DNA of 64,000 bases, taken from Curvularia clavata. Lineage: Eukaryota. Positions 35,083 through 47,533 of this stretch are shown here, piece after piece. The position numbers and the translations under genes are program-made. The DNA lies in contig CP089276.1 of assembly GCA_023920165.1 (NCBI GenBank), positions 1,612,001 through 1,676,000 on the forward strand. The letters are read 5' to 3'. The first letter of the stretch is position 1. Each line of letters opens with the position of its first letter. The notes below the pieces were generated by a model. It searched no databases, had not been told where the DNA came from, and was given only the letters and a program-made list of their open reading frames with translations.

Positions 35083-36279
35083 GTAAGCATTGTGGTGGAG
35101 AGTACACGCGTTATGGTAAAGGGAAACGGAGGGATGATTTGCAGGCATGATACCACTAGGCGTTTTGCTGTCAGCAGTGCAGGCAGTCATAATACCTATC
35201 TGACTGAGTCGAGTAACTTTTGTAGTTGAAGACATTTCTACGTAGACAGGCTTGGTTTCTTAATCTAATACCCCTTTGAAACGTGGTGCTTTTCAATGCA
35301 CGTGATGATGATGCTGCTGTTGCGCCCCGTTGAAGGAAGAATCGCGACGCAGCACGGGCCCCAGCCTCACTAAAGTTACCAAAGCACTCCAAATCTGCTT
35401 ACCTTGCATGTCTGGAGATCCACGATAACATAATAAGTTCTATCAAAAAAAACTAGTTGTCTCTTCGCACTCTCCCAAAATATCTAAAATTATCTTTGAA
35501 AATTCGAGTACAAAGCACGATACACGTGGTATGATTAATATAAAGTGCAAGACATTTTTGCGTTTCGATCACTCCGTATTCTTTCAACAGGGCGGCTGGC
35601 AAGGCAAGGGCTTTGATTCGCCAAGCATGGGTACGTTTTTGCGCAGTTCCCGAAGCGCGGGGTCGCACGACACATGCATGCGGCGTAAGATATGCCGGGA
35701 CGTTTGTACCATGCCGTTTTCCGTCTTGAAGTCCCATGCCCCATAATGCAACCTGCCCTGTTGATCTCTCACGCATTTTTCTCGGACAACAGCACGTGCA
35801 ATCGGCTGCTGGACAGCCCAGTGACGCCTCCCGACGACGATAGAGCCAACGCGGGGAATACTCGGCGCACTAGAGAAAGGCGGGGTCGTACTGCTTAGCT
35901 TACAGGTTGTTCGGAGCAATGACACGGCTAAGTAAGGAGGATACTGAAGCTACCTGATTGGCTACATAACGATTCAGCACGGCAGGTCTAACGTCTGTCC
36001 GTCGCCTGGTCCATATCGGAAACCGTGTCGCGACGAGTCCCACCGTCCAACTCTCCGTGGAGATTATGATGGAGAACAAGCAGTGCTGGCGAATATAAGG
36101 ATGGCAGGGTCTACCTCAGACCAGAAAACAAGAGCAGCGGGTTCGTCTTGATTGAACAACACCTGATCGCAAGATTCACCGATCTCGGTACGCGTGAAGA
36201 GGAGCCCTGGCCTGGCAAACGATTCCCTTTACCTCTTTATCTTGGCCCACGCCCAGATTCTGTTCTCTCGTCGCCCACA

Positions 36280-37839
36280 ATGTTTTTGACTTCACTTCTC
36301 TTGACACCTTACACCATCCTCCTTCTGCCAGTTCTTTTCTATCTGCTCCCCTACCTTCGCAACTGGCAGATCCGCGACATTCCGGCACCTTTCCCTGCCG
36401 CATGGACCAACCTCTGGCTGCTTTACCAGTGCCGCCGAGGAAGACGCTTCCTTGCAGTGCATGAAGCACATAAGAAGCTTGGAAAGCTTGTCCGGATCCA
36501 GCCGAACCACGTCAGCATCGCCGATGCTGATGCTATTACCCAAGTCTACGGCCATGGCAATGGGTTCTTGAAGAGCGACTACTATGACGCCTTCGTATCG
36601 ATTCGGAGAGGGCTGTTCAACACACGGGACCGTGCTGAGCACACCAGGAAGAGGAAGACGGTTGCTCATACCTTCTCCGCCAAGAGCGTGCTGCAATTTG
36701 AGCAATATATCCACCACAATCTGCAAGAACTGCAAAATCAGTGGGACCGTCGAGCAGATAGCGTCAAAGGATCATGGTACGAAATGGATGCACTGCACTG
36801 GTTCAACTATCTCGCATTCGATGTCATTGGTGACCTGGCCTTTGGAGAGCCATTTGGCATGTTGAAGAAGGGCCGTGACGAAGCAGAGGTTGCCAGGGGA
36901 GGGAAGATTACGTATGCACCGGCCATCGAGGTATTGAACCGAAGGGGAGAAGTCAGCGGGTATGTTCGATTATCGGCTATGGTGCCTGACCGACATGAAC
37001 TGACATGATACAGAACCGTTGGAATTTTCCCTGCCATCAAGCCGTATGCCAAATACATTCCTGATCCTTTCTTTGCCCAAGGCATGAAAGCCATTGAGAA
37101 TCTCGCTGGAATCGCCATCGCTCGTGTTAACGCTCGTCTTGAGAAGCCATCCGACCGAGTAGACCTACTCGCCCGATTGATGGAAGGCCGTGACGAAACC
37201 GGCAACAAACTCGGCCGTGAAGAGCTCACCGCGGAAGCCTTGACCCAGCTGATTGCTGGCTCGGATACTACTTCGAATACCGCCTGCGCCCTCCTCTACC
37301 ACTGCCTCCAACACCCTGAAGTGGTCAAAAAACTGCAGAACGAGCTGGACGCTGCGCTACCAGACCCCGACGCCGTACCCAGCTATGCCCAAGTCAAAGA
37401 TCTCCCATACGTCGACGCCGTGATTAAGGAGACCATGCGCATCCACAGCACTTCCTCACTCGGTCTCCCACGCCTCATCCCCCCTGGCCCCGGTATCACC
37501 ATCCTCGGCCACCACTTCCCTCAAGGCACCGTCCTCTCTGTACCCGCATACACAATCCACCACTCAACCGAGATCTGGGGACCAGACGCCGATACCTTCC
37601 GCCCTGAGCGATGGGAGAAAATCACCGACCGGCAAAAGGCCGCTTTCATCCCCTTTAGCTATGGTCCACGAGCTTGCGTAGGCAGGAATGTGGCGGAGAT
37701 GGAGTTGGCGCTGATCGTTTCGACGGTGTTTAGGCGTTACGAGTTTGAGCTCAGGCAGGGTGAGATGGAGACTAGGGAGGGATTCCTGAGGAAGCCGCTT
37801 GCACTCGAGGTGGGTATGCGAAAGAGGAGTTTTGCGTGA
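36280..37839 (+). CDS. Cytochrome P450, CYP53 family (benzoate 4-hydroxylase), intron 36960-37013
   Basis: GLFNTRDRAEHTRKRK, IEVLNRRGEVS, AEALTQLIAGSDTTSN, ETMRIHSTSSLGLPR, PERW, heme motif FSYGPRACVG. Confidence 0.9.
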
Positions 37840-38684
37840 GGCGGTGTTGGTTTTCTTCCTTCCTGGGCGGATAGTTGTGGAGAAGGAGTTTCTGTAATGC
37901 TTCTGAGAGGTTGAGAAAAGTATCAGACCTCTATGTCTGGGGTTTTGTTGAAAGCACAGTTGATAAAGAAGAATATGTGTAGAATATAACTTTATTTTTC
38001 ATCTTTTTCGTGGGACTAGTGTCTGCTAGGTGGAGCATTGAACTGTGATTGTGACAATACTATAACATGACACACAATATATATACCCTAGAGCGTGCGT
38101 ACTGACTTCAATGGAAGACGGAAACTATGCTTTTATAGACGAACCGACGAGTACGATTGTGACATTAATCTGGTTTATTTTGGAAAAGCACGTTTCTGTG
38201 GAATAACATTCTGTCGTATTCTTCAGGTTCATAGGCTGTAGTGGACAATTAGTGGGCGTTGAAGCGAAGAAATATTCGATCTGTTAGTTTTCGAGATGGA
38301 GAACTTGAAGTATATGCGATTGGCCTGAAGAAAGAGCGACTTAGTATGTCTAAAAGACACATGATCTCTGACGAGAATCTCTACTCGACACATGCGAATG
38401 CTCGTGACACCTGAATTTGGAGCCCAGCTGATCAATCTAATGTGTGTCGTGTGTCGCTGTGGAGCCGTGACGTCGGGCAAGTGAAGCGCGAAGCCTCGCG
38501 CGCTAGCCTAGTGAGTGCGCACTGGCCACCGAACTTAGCGTCCATAGTCGCGATACTCTCCAACAACGCGCATGGCAGATCCGGGCATCCACTCAACCCA
38601 CGACGGCAACCCACGACCCATCGCCCCTCGCCACTCGCCAACGCGGCCGCAAAATTGGGAGCAGGACTGCCTGCGCCGCCCATC

Positions 38685-41600
38685 ATGGCGCCCCTCGAGC
38701 TCGCCGACGCAATGGACGACGCCTCGTCGGGCGACTCTTTCACCCTGCTGAAGCAGCAGCTCGAGCTTGACTTCAGCTTTGCACCGCGCCGCGTCAAGGG
38801 CCTTACCACACTCGATATCCAACCCGACAAAGCCCAGTTGCGGGAGATTACCCTACATTGCCGACAACTCCGACCCACGAGCATACGTATCCAAGGAGAG
38901 AAGGCCGCCTTCAGCTACTCGAACCTGCACCAACGCCTGACGCTCTATCCTGGCACCGGCCTGGAGCAGTATCACTTCGTCAAGCAGCGCATCGCGCGAC
39001 ACACCTCAGGTGCCGAGGACGAGCTGATCATCACGGTACCGGACAAAGTCAAGATCCGGGAGGTGAAGCCCTCAGAGGCTGGCATGACGGATGATGCACA
39101 TGGGACCTTTTACGCGCCTCTGAAACTCGAGATCGAATACGTGCTGGACGATTTCCGGGACGCGCTTCACTTTGTCGGTGTCGAGGATGGAGACGCTCGC
39201 TTCCCGCATGCCTACACGCGAAACTCGTCTTTTCCTGGTACAGCATCTTGTCTGTTTCCATGCATAGATGATGGCGAGACGAGGTGTATCTTTGAGGTCT
39301 CTATTCGCTACCCGCGCACGCTAGGAGATGCTCTCGCCAAGCCCCTGCCGCCGAATACAAACTCCTTGGGTGATAGGGCCGAGAAAGCTGACAGCGTCAT
39401 GTTGGACGCAGACGATGATCAAGCTGATTTGTCGGAGGAAGAAAAGGCTATGGAAATGCAGGTTATTTGCTCGGGCACTCTGACCGACGATGTGAGTCTC
39501 TGCGCTGGTCTGTTACGTATAAACTCCTAACGTCTACAGATTCTCGATCCTGCTGATCCTACGCGAAAGACCGCGAGCTTCTCTTGTGATACTCCCGTTC
39601 TTCCACAGCATATCGGTTTCGTCATCGGTCCCTTTGAACACATCGATCTCTCCGAATATCGTGACACCCTTGATGACGAACGCTTGGGTGAGAACGCTAT
39701 CAAGGTCCACGCTTTCTGCTTGCCGGGCAAGGAAAATGAGGTTCGAAATAGCGCCATGATGCTTGCCCGAGCTCTCGATACCTTCACTGAGCGCTTTCAG
39801 AGCTATGCATTCGGTAATTCGTACAAACTCGCATTTGTAGACGACCTGGACTGCGATACTGCACACACAGCCTCTTTCTCCATCTGCAGCTCGCGGCTAC
39901 TGTTCCCGGAGACCGTTTGGGAGCCGCTCGAGCACACCACCAGAGTGCTGGTGCATGCCGTAGCTAGCCAATGGATAGGTGTTGATGTCATTGCCCACAG
40001 CATGGAAGACTATTGGATCATCGTTGGTGGCTCGTGGTTCATGGCCGAGCTCTACCTTAAAGAGCTATTCGGCCGCAACGACTGGCGCTTCAGGCAAAAG
40101 TTGATGGTGGACAAGGTCATTTACATGGATCGGAAGCGTCCCTCGCTACAGCAACTCGGAGACCACATGCAGCTTGATCCTCGCGAAGTTGAGTTTATGG
40201 AGCTGAAATCGCTCATGGTCCTCTCTATATTGCACAACCGCCTGGTAAAACAGAGTGGCAAGAATGGTGTTGACAGATGCCTGTACCGAATGCTCTTCAA
40301 CGCTCGTCAAGGAAAATACCCCAACGGCGCAGTTACCACCGACGACTTCCTCGACATCTGTGAGAAAGTGGGCCACCAAAAGTTGGAGTCCTTTTTCCAG
40401 CAGTGGATCGTGGGCTCAGGATGCCCCACATTCCACTGCGTCCCATCCTTCAACAAAAAGAAGCAAGTTGTGCAGCTTACCATCAAACAGCTCCAGGCCG
40501 ACTCGTCCATCACAACCATTGAGAATGGCCTTGCGGCAGATGACTTTATGCGAGAAGCAAAAGAGAAATCTCGTGACTTGCGGTCGGCAACAGGGTATCC
40601 CACTTTTGTAGGCCCAATGACTATAAGGATCCACGAGGCCGACGGAACTCCCTACGAACATATCGTTGACATTAATTCGAACAACGTCAAAGTTGAGATT
40701 CCGTACAACACGAAATACAAGCGACTTAAGAGAAATCGATTAAACAAAGAGCGTATGGCTGCCGCAGCAGGCCTTGATGCCTCCGGTGAGACGCAAGAAG
40801 ATGTCACCTTTTACATGTTGGGAGACCTGTTCACTTCGCCCCAGGAGCACGAAGAGTGGCGATTGGACGACTGGCCACCGGAAGATGAAGCTAAGCAGGA
40901 AGGAGAAGCATATGAGTGGATCCGTATCGATGCAGACTTCGAATGGATTTGCCGGACTAACATTGAAGATATGCCCTCGTATATGTATGTCTCACAGCTG
41001 CAACAAGACAAGGATGTTGTTGCACAGGCAGAATCGATACAATTCCTTGCCAACAAAGAGGGCCACCCGTTGATCTCCACCTTCCTGGTCAAAACTCTGA
41101 TGGATAATCGATATTTTCACGGTATTCGGACTATGGCTGCCATGGTCCTCGCCCAGAGTGCGCTCAAGCGGACCCAGTGGGTCGGGCTCTTCCATCTGAA
41201 AAAGGCTTTCCGGGAGCTATTCTGCTTGCCAAACTCGCCAATGACTCGATCAAACGACTTTTCTGACCGTAGCATGTACCTCATACAGTGCGCGATCCCC
41301 AGAGCAATTGCTAAGATCAAGGGCGAAGATGGGAGGTCACCACTGGAGGCCAAGCGATTCTTGTTGGATCTTGTGCGTTACAACGACAACCGTGGGAATG
41401 ATTACAGTGATGATCATTACATCGCCACACTGATGCGCTGTCTTGCGGAGACTCTGACCAAGACAAACGCAAACTCCGAGCTCAGCCACGAAGAATGGGC
41501 CCAGGAGCAAGACTTTACCAGCAAGGCTCTCGGAGAGCTTACTCGCCATCAGAGGCTTGATGAATGGATTCCTACATACCAGAACGTGTACACAACTACA

Positions 41601-43325
41601 GCGCTTGACTGTGCGTTTAAGCTGGTTACGAGCCGAGTCACGCCTTTCAAGCCTACAGAGTTTTTGCAGTATGCACAACTAGGGAATGCAGACAATGTAC
41701 GCCTAAAAGCGTGGGAATGCCTTGTTCGGCTGGGCATGTTTCGCAAGGATTCAGTCATGAGGTTTCTCGTTCACGAAATTCGATCCGACCCTTCGCCGTA
41801 CTTCCGAAAGCAAATGCTGCGCATTCTCGGCCTTGCTATCGGTCAAGTGGCTACCGGAGATGTCTGGGCACCAGAGAAGGCTGCTGAGACGGCAGCGGAC
41901 ACACTTGTGGTTGAAAATGAAGCAAGCAACGCTGAACGCGCGTCTGCTCTCGCCCGCCAGAACCTTAACGGTGCTTTGAGAGGATTGAAGAGCGACTTGC
42001 AAGGCCACCAGACTTTACGTTCAGTACTGGAGGAAGCACTCAAATCCAAAACATTGTCCACCAACGATATGACTGAGATTTTGGACATTTGCGACATGAT
42101 CTTCGACAACCAAAAGGTCAACAAACTACCAGTGAAACTGGCCCTTCCGCGGTACTGGACGGTAACACATGTTGGAAAGGCAGTTCTGCGATTCAAGCAG
42201 ACCAACAAATTTCGAACCACGCCTAAGCGGCCTCTGGTTGCCCCTGCTCCTGTTTCTGCTGCTGCCCCAGCCCCAGCTCTTCCAACTGCCCCGCCTCTTC
42301 CTCTGCGGGAGCCTGTCCCTCCAACAGCGAAACCACCTGGTCAGCCTAAGCTGTCGCTAAAGATTGGTGGATTGTTGAAGAACAAGAGCGCTTCATCTCC
42401 ACCAACAGCTGTCGACGCGCCGACAGCCAAAGCGCGAAGCCAGTCCATCGTATTTTCACCTACAATCCACCATTCCCCGTCTCCTATTTCTCATTCAACC
42501 AAGCCATCTCCCGCGCCACAGCCACAGCCACAGGCGCAGTCGCAGCTATCTCAGCCTGCAGCCACGTCTGCTCCTACCTCTGCTCAACCAGATTCTCGAG
42601 CTTCGACACCCGAGATACCATTGATGCAGCAACCTATCAAGAAGGCTGCCACGCCAGCGGCGACACCGAAAGCAGGCACTCCAGCACCAGTATCAGCCAC
42701 TGCTTCGACTGCGGGTTCCGTTCCAGCACCAAAGCCAGTCAACAAGACTCCAGTTCCGCCACCAAAGGCTCCCGCATCAGGTTCTACGTCTACTTCTTTC
42801 CAAGGAAAGCCAGCGGTTACCACGGTCAAAATTCCAAAGTCTGTCGCTACACCTCCTGCTATCTCGTCGCCCGTGCCTCTGCCAGCTCCTAAACTCAAGA
42901 TCAAGACCAAGACTGCCAATGGCGCAACCGTGACGTCTAGACCATCGAGCGCAGCGCCCTCGCCACGTCCCAGCGTCGCACCTTCGCCTCGTCCGAGCGT
43001 TGCCCCTTCAGCTCGCCCTGCTGCATCGGGAGCCGTTGCCAGGCCAGTCATCAAGCAGAAGAGAAGCAAGATTGTCAAGTTGCGGCTTGCACCTCGTCTC
43101 CTCGCACGTTTCGCTGGCGATAACAAGAAGCGCAAGCTGATTGTAGGAAACGGTGACGACGAAAGGCCGGTGAAGAGGCAGAGTCTTGAAACAGGCAGTC
43201 ATCTGAATGGAAATGGCGCCGGCAAGAGCGGGCTGGTCAGCGTGGAACGAGGAGGCGCTGAGAAGCCGCGGCTTGTGGTCAAGATGAAGGTTGGAAAGGG
43301 CAAGCTGCCTGTGAACCGGAAGTAA
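38685..43325 (+). CDS. TAF2: TFIID subunit Taf2 (aminopeptidase-like fold) with long Pro/Ala/Ser-rich tail, intron ~39492-39539
   Basis: FPCIDD, PQHIGFVIGPFE, GPMTIRIHEADGTPYEH, EIPYNTKYKRLKR, EWIRIDADFEWIC, SQLQQDKDVVAQ, YNDNRGNDYSD. Confidence 0.93.
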
Positions 43326-44381
43326 CGAAGGGAGAAGTTTGTGATTACCGACGAGGAAGAAGAGATGGAGTCGGATAGACACGACAATCATGGCAGAGGA
43401 CGGAGAGGACGAGACACAAAAACAAACAAAAGAGAACATCGGGAAGAAACATGCATTTCATGGTGTTATCATGGTTATAGGGTACCTCCGTCTCTCTTGT
43501 TTTCTCCTTTCTCATCGCTGGGGTAATCCTCGGATGAAGATAAAGGGAAAAAATGGAGAAGATGGTAATTTTTTTTTCGAACGGATATCGAAACGGAAGA
43601 GGAATTCATCACACAGGGGAAAAAAAGGGGGATGGGTGGAAATGGGAAACTAACACAGCATTCAGCGACGGCGTTTTATACTGTATGGCTTTTTTTTATT
43701 TTATTTGATAGCAGAAAGGCTTACACAGATGTGCATGTGTATGTGCAATATGGGCCTTTTTTTTTTCTCTTCTTTTTCACCAGTCGTTAGTCGGTCGGGA
43801 TATTAGGTGGATATACCCTCTTCTCTTTATTCAGGGCCTTTTTTTTAAAAGCTTCTACTGAGAGCCTTTTCTAGATCAGACAAATGTTAGTATGACATAG
43901 TCTGATATGTAGTTGTAAGAATGAGAGTGGAGATGGCAGTGAAATGAACTGAAGGTTTAAAAAATTTAAGATTTTCATCAATGTTGTGCTGTAGAGTGGC
44001 TGTAGAGTGGCGTGTGCTTACTCTAATGTGTTTTGCCTGTGAGTGAAGATGGTGACGAAGGCACAGAGAGATGGTGGGCATCAGTGATATGTTGTGCACA
44101 GAAAAGAAAAAGTCTTTGTATTGAGGCATGCCAAGGCACAAGGTACTCCTGCTTCTCTTTTCACCCTCTGCCCTCCCCCTCGTGCGCTAGTCAAGGCAGA
44201 CGAGCCAGTCGTAGGCCTATTGCTTCCTAGCTTCTTGAGGATGAACTCCTAGTGATCCTAGCCGGTTGGAAAGCGAAGATACAAGAAGAACAAGCCAGTC
44301 TATGATTGCAAGGAGATTATACATTCAAGGGCGAAAAAAGGTGGGATAAGAAACTAAAACAGAATGATCCTCCCAGGGTAT

Positions 44382-46071
44382 TTATCCGCTCCAAAGCAAT
44401 TGTCTAACAGAACGTACACTAGAATGTAATAGGGACTCTTGAGCAGGGGCGGGTTGGGGCGTATTTGTTGCTTTTGTGTTTTCAGATACAGACGGTGCTG
44501 TGCTTGTTGCTGTCGTCGTAACGGCAGTCGTTGTTGGCGATGTCTGCGGAGTGGTGGTAGCCATAGCAGGCGGAGTAACACGCCCTTTGTCGCTTGTATT
44601 CAACGTCGCAAAATGGGTTGCTTTGGGTATATTGGACTTGTTACCTAAGCTCGCAGACACGCGTTTCCTCTTGTTCTTGGATCCGGGTGGACGGCCCCTC
44701 TTTCTTGGCGCTGAGAAGAACAAAACTTAGTGGTTAGACGGGGGAGAATGGTTTGATGGCCTCACCATTTGTCCCAGCTGGGGCTACTGGTGCAGGCTCA
44801 AGCTTGGTCACTGCTGCAGCTGCGTCATTTGAAAGGACATCCTTGGTGTTGATGGTGACGGTGACGGTGACGTTTTCACTTTCGTTTTCTTCGGCTACAC
44901 CAGATAAGGTCTTGAGGTCTGTGGATGGCAGGGAATCATCGGCCCTTTCGATGACCTTGCCGCACATCAGACATGATACGTCCACGTCCATGTCGCGCTG
45001 TCGCGTCTTGTCTTCCGAAAGGCGGTTGTCGGTGATGGTGAGGCGCACTTTGCCAGTGTCAGAGGCGCTCAGCTTTGCGTCAAAGCGAAGCTCTGGACCC
45101 AAGTTGCCATTTGCTTTTGCGTGCTTGTTGTTCTTCTTCAGTGGGGGAGACGTGGCCTGATATGCTTCCGACACGTTCCGAACGGCTTCTTGCTCGAGGC
45201 AACGCGCATGGAGCCACTCTGAGCAATGTGAACACTGGACCAGCAGCTCGTCCGGGTTGATGGGTTGCTTGTCAACGCAGTATTTTTTCAGCGCCTATAG
45301 ATTGATCAGTATTAATAATGTATAGGGGGAACGTGGGGTTCTTACACTGAACGGGTGGAGCCTTTTGGTGATGTCGTAGCTTTGCCTGAAGAAAAGTTGG
45401 TCTGCTGGCAGTGGGAGGTTATCTGGGTCGTCATTCCAATGTACAGTGTCTGCGAGGGACTGGACGGTCACGGCTTCGATGACGTCCATGTGATTGCTGA
45501 CGATGACCTCACTACTGCCGTGGTGTGGTTGCCGGCCACCTGGCAGGTCCTCTGGGCGATATACCCAAAAGACTCTGAGGAAGACGTGAGAAGAGTCGCC
45601 GGCGCGAATCTCGAGGATCTTTGCCAGCCAGCCCTCTACTGCGTTGGGCGGATTTTTGACGTCGGGCTCTTCGCTGCTCTTTACGAAGACTATCTGGCCC
45701 ACCTGGAACTCCTCGCTGTTTATGGTGAATTTCCGATAGCGACTGGTGCTTTCCCAGTGTAGCGCGGGCGAAATCTTGACGTGGACTGGACTGAGCTCTG
45801 TTTGGGGAAAGGGGTTCGACTGTACGACGTTTGCATCGAGTGGCGCATCCTGGCCGGGGTACTTTGGGGGTTTGCCTGGGGTGGCCGTCTTGTGCTTGTT
45901 GGCAGCAGCATTACGCAGCTTCTTCTGTGCTTTTGCATTTACAGCGGTGACGGTGAAGCCGTGGAAGTCTTGTATGGTGGACCAATCGAGTTTTGGCTTT
46001 TTGGCGACGAGATCATTTGGGCAGTCGGAGTGGGATGGAGGATCATGGGTAGCTTTGCGTTTGCGCGCCAT
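44382..46071 (-). CDS. BAH-PHD chromatin reader (EPR-1/BP1/EBS-like) with C-terminal AT-hook; introns ~45295-45345 and 44711-44765
   Basis: BAH: WLAKILEIRAGDSSHVFLRVFWVYRPEDLPGGRQPHHG..EVIVSNHMDVI; after intron 1 split PHD YCVDKQPINPD..VQCSHCSEWLHARC...VSCLMC; after intron 2 PRKRGRPPGSKNK. Confidence 0.8.
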
Positions 46072-47296
46072 GGTGGGGGTTTGGGAAGTAAAGTAAGGGC
46101 GGAAGGTAGGGCGGGAGGAACTTGGGGCCGAAGATGGGCGCGGGCTGGACTAGGTGGTCAATTGGGTTTGTGCGCGGTGGCAAAGCGCGCTACACGGATG
46201 GTGGCATGGAACCTGGGCGGCGACACAAGCGTGAGCAGAGTGAGGTCGACTGCAGGGCGTGAGCAGACGCGTTGTTTCAAAGTGGAGCTCCCCCAACGCG
46301 TTTGTCAGAGGGTACCGGAGGCGTGGGTCGCTAGCCGACGTGACAGGTCACGTGGGTTGGCGTTGGCGTTGGCGTTGGCTCAAGATGGGCAGCGCCAACT
46401 CGGAGCCATGGCATTTGGAACAGGATATTTGGCCAAGCCAGCGGCTGGCTAGATGACGTGAAGACATGCACGCCTACCGAGCGAGTTGGCAGACGGCGGC
46501 GGCCGAGCCGGAGTTTGGCAGCGGGTGGTCCGGGGAGCGGCGGCAGTGTTGTGGGCGTGGTGATTTGTGCATGGCCGTGTGGTGTGGTGGGCAGAGGACA
46601 GGAATGTACAAGTAGATAAGACGGGGGCGCTGGGGCTCTGCACCATCAGCAGAGGACGCGTGTGGGCTGGCCGAAGAATACCCCAGATTTGGCGCGCCCG
46701 GGAGCCGGCCGTTGTTGCTGCTAGCACGGGAAAACAAATACACGGCGTCGGCGTCGTCGTCGTCGTCGTCGTACATGGCCAAGGTGCACTGCCACAACAG
46801 CATCATCATGACCCAGCGAGCATGCCTGGCCGCGCACAAGTGCCAGCTTAGTCCAGCACGGGCGTGCCGTGGGCTGGAATACGGCATTAGGCCAATGAAT
46901 AAGCGTGCGCTGGCCACTACACTCGTCGGCCCACGCCCTCCATTGGGAGGCGGCCATGTTTGGAAGCCCGCCAAGATGAGCCCGTGAGAGGCTGCCGTTG
47001 TGTCGTGCCAAACGCCGCCGCTGCCGTGTAAAGAGCGCGCGCAGCCAAAAAAAGAAAACCCACCACCAATACCCCATACGCAACAAAGAGAAGAGAGCAC
47101 TGGGTCCTTGTCCGACTCACGGCGCCCTCTTTCGCCGATCGCTGAACCCTTCCGCGTCATAGCCTAGTGATCCCTGCCCATGCGCCCAGAAATTCCTCCA
47201 CAACTAACTAAGTCCAAGACGACCGCGCTGCTCCGGTATAGGCACTACATCTACCGCTCCTCTGCTCCTTCCTCCTCCTGCTGCTATCCTTTTTTG

Positions 47297-47332
47297 CGCC
47301 CTCGCCCTCGCCCTCGCCCTCGCCCTCGCCCT
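47297..47332. repeat. (CGCCCT)6 hexanucleotide microsatellite upstream of the CAF120-like ATG
   Basis: Six exact tandem copies read directly. Confidence 0.9.
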
Positions 47333-47533
47333 GTCCCCGTCGCTCGTTCCCGTCCTCGCGCCTCTGTTGCCGCCGCCGTGCACACTCCTCGACTGAGCCG
47401 TGTCTCCCTGGCTCGCGCTCCTGGGTCACTACCACCGACACCACGCGCACCCTGAAAGCACCTGCATTGCCCTCCCGCAGCCGGGCCATCCTTCTACCCT
47501 GATACCCCCAAAGCCCTCTCGCTCGTCGCTGCC

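Noticed and set aside
31951..37839. erdS plus adjacent P450 as a sterol-modifying cluster
   Set aside because: The P450 has CYP53 benzoate-hydroxylase signatures, not those of a sterol P450; adjacency is probably incidental.
45781..47455. ORFs of 220+ aa between the BAH-PHD and CAF120-like genes
   Set aside because: Overlapping frames in a GC-rich divergent promoter with simple repeats; no protein-like features.
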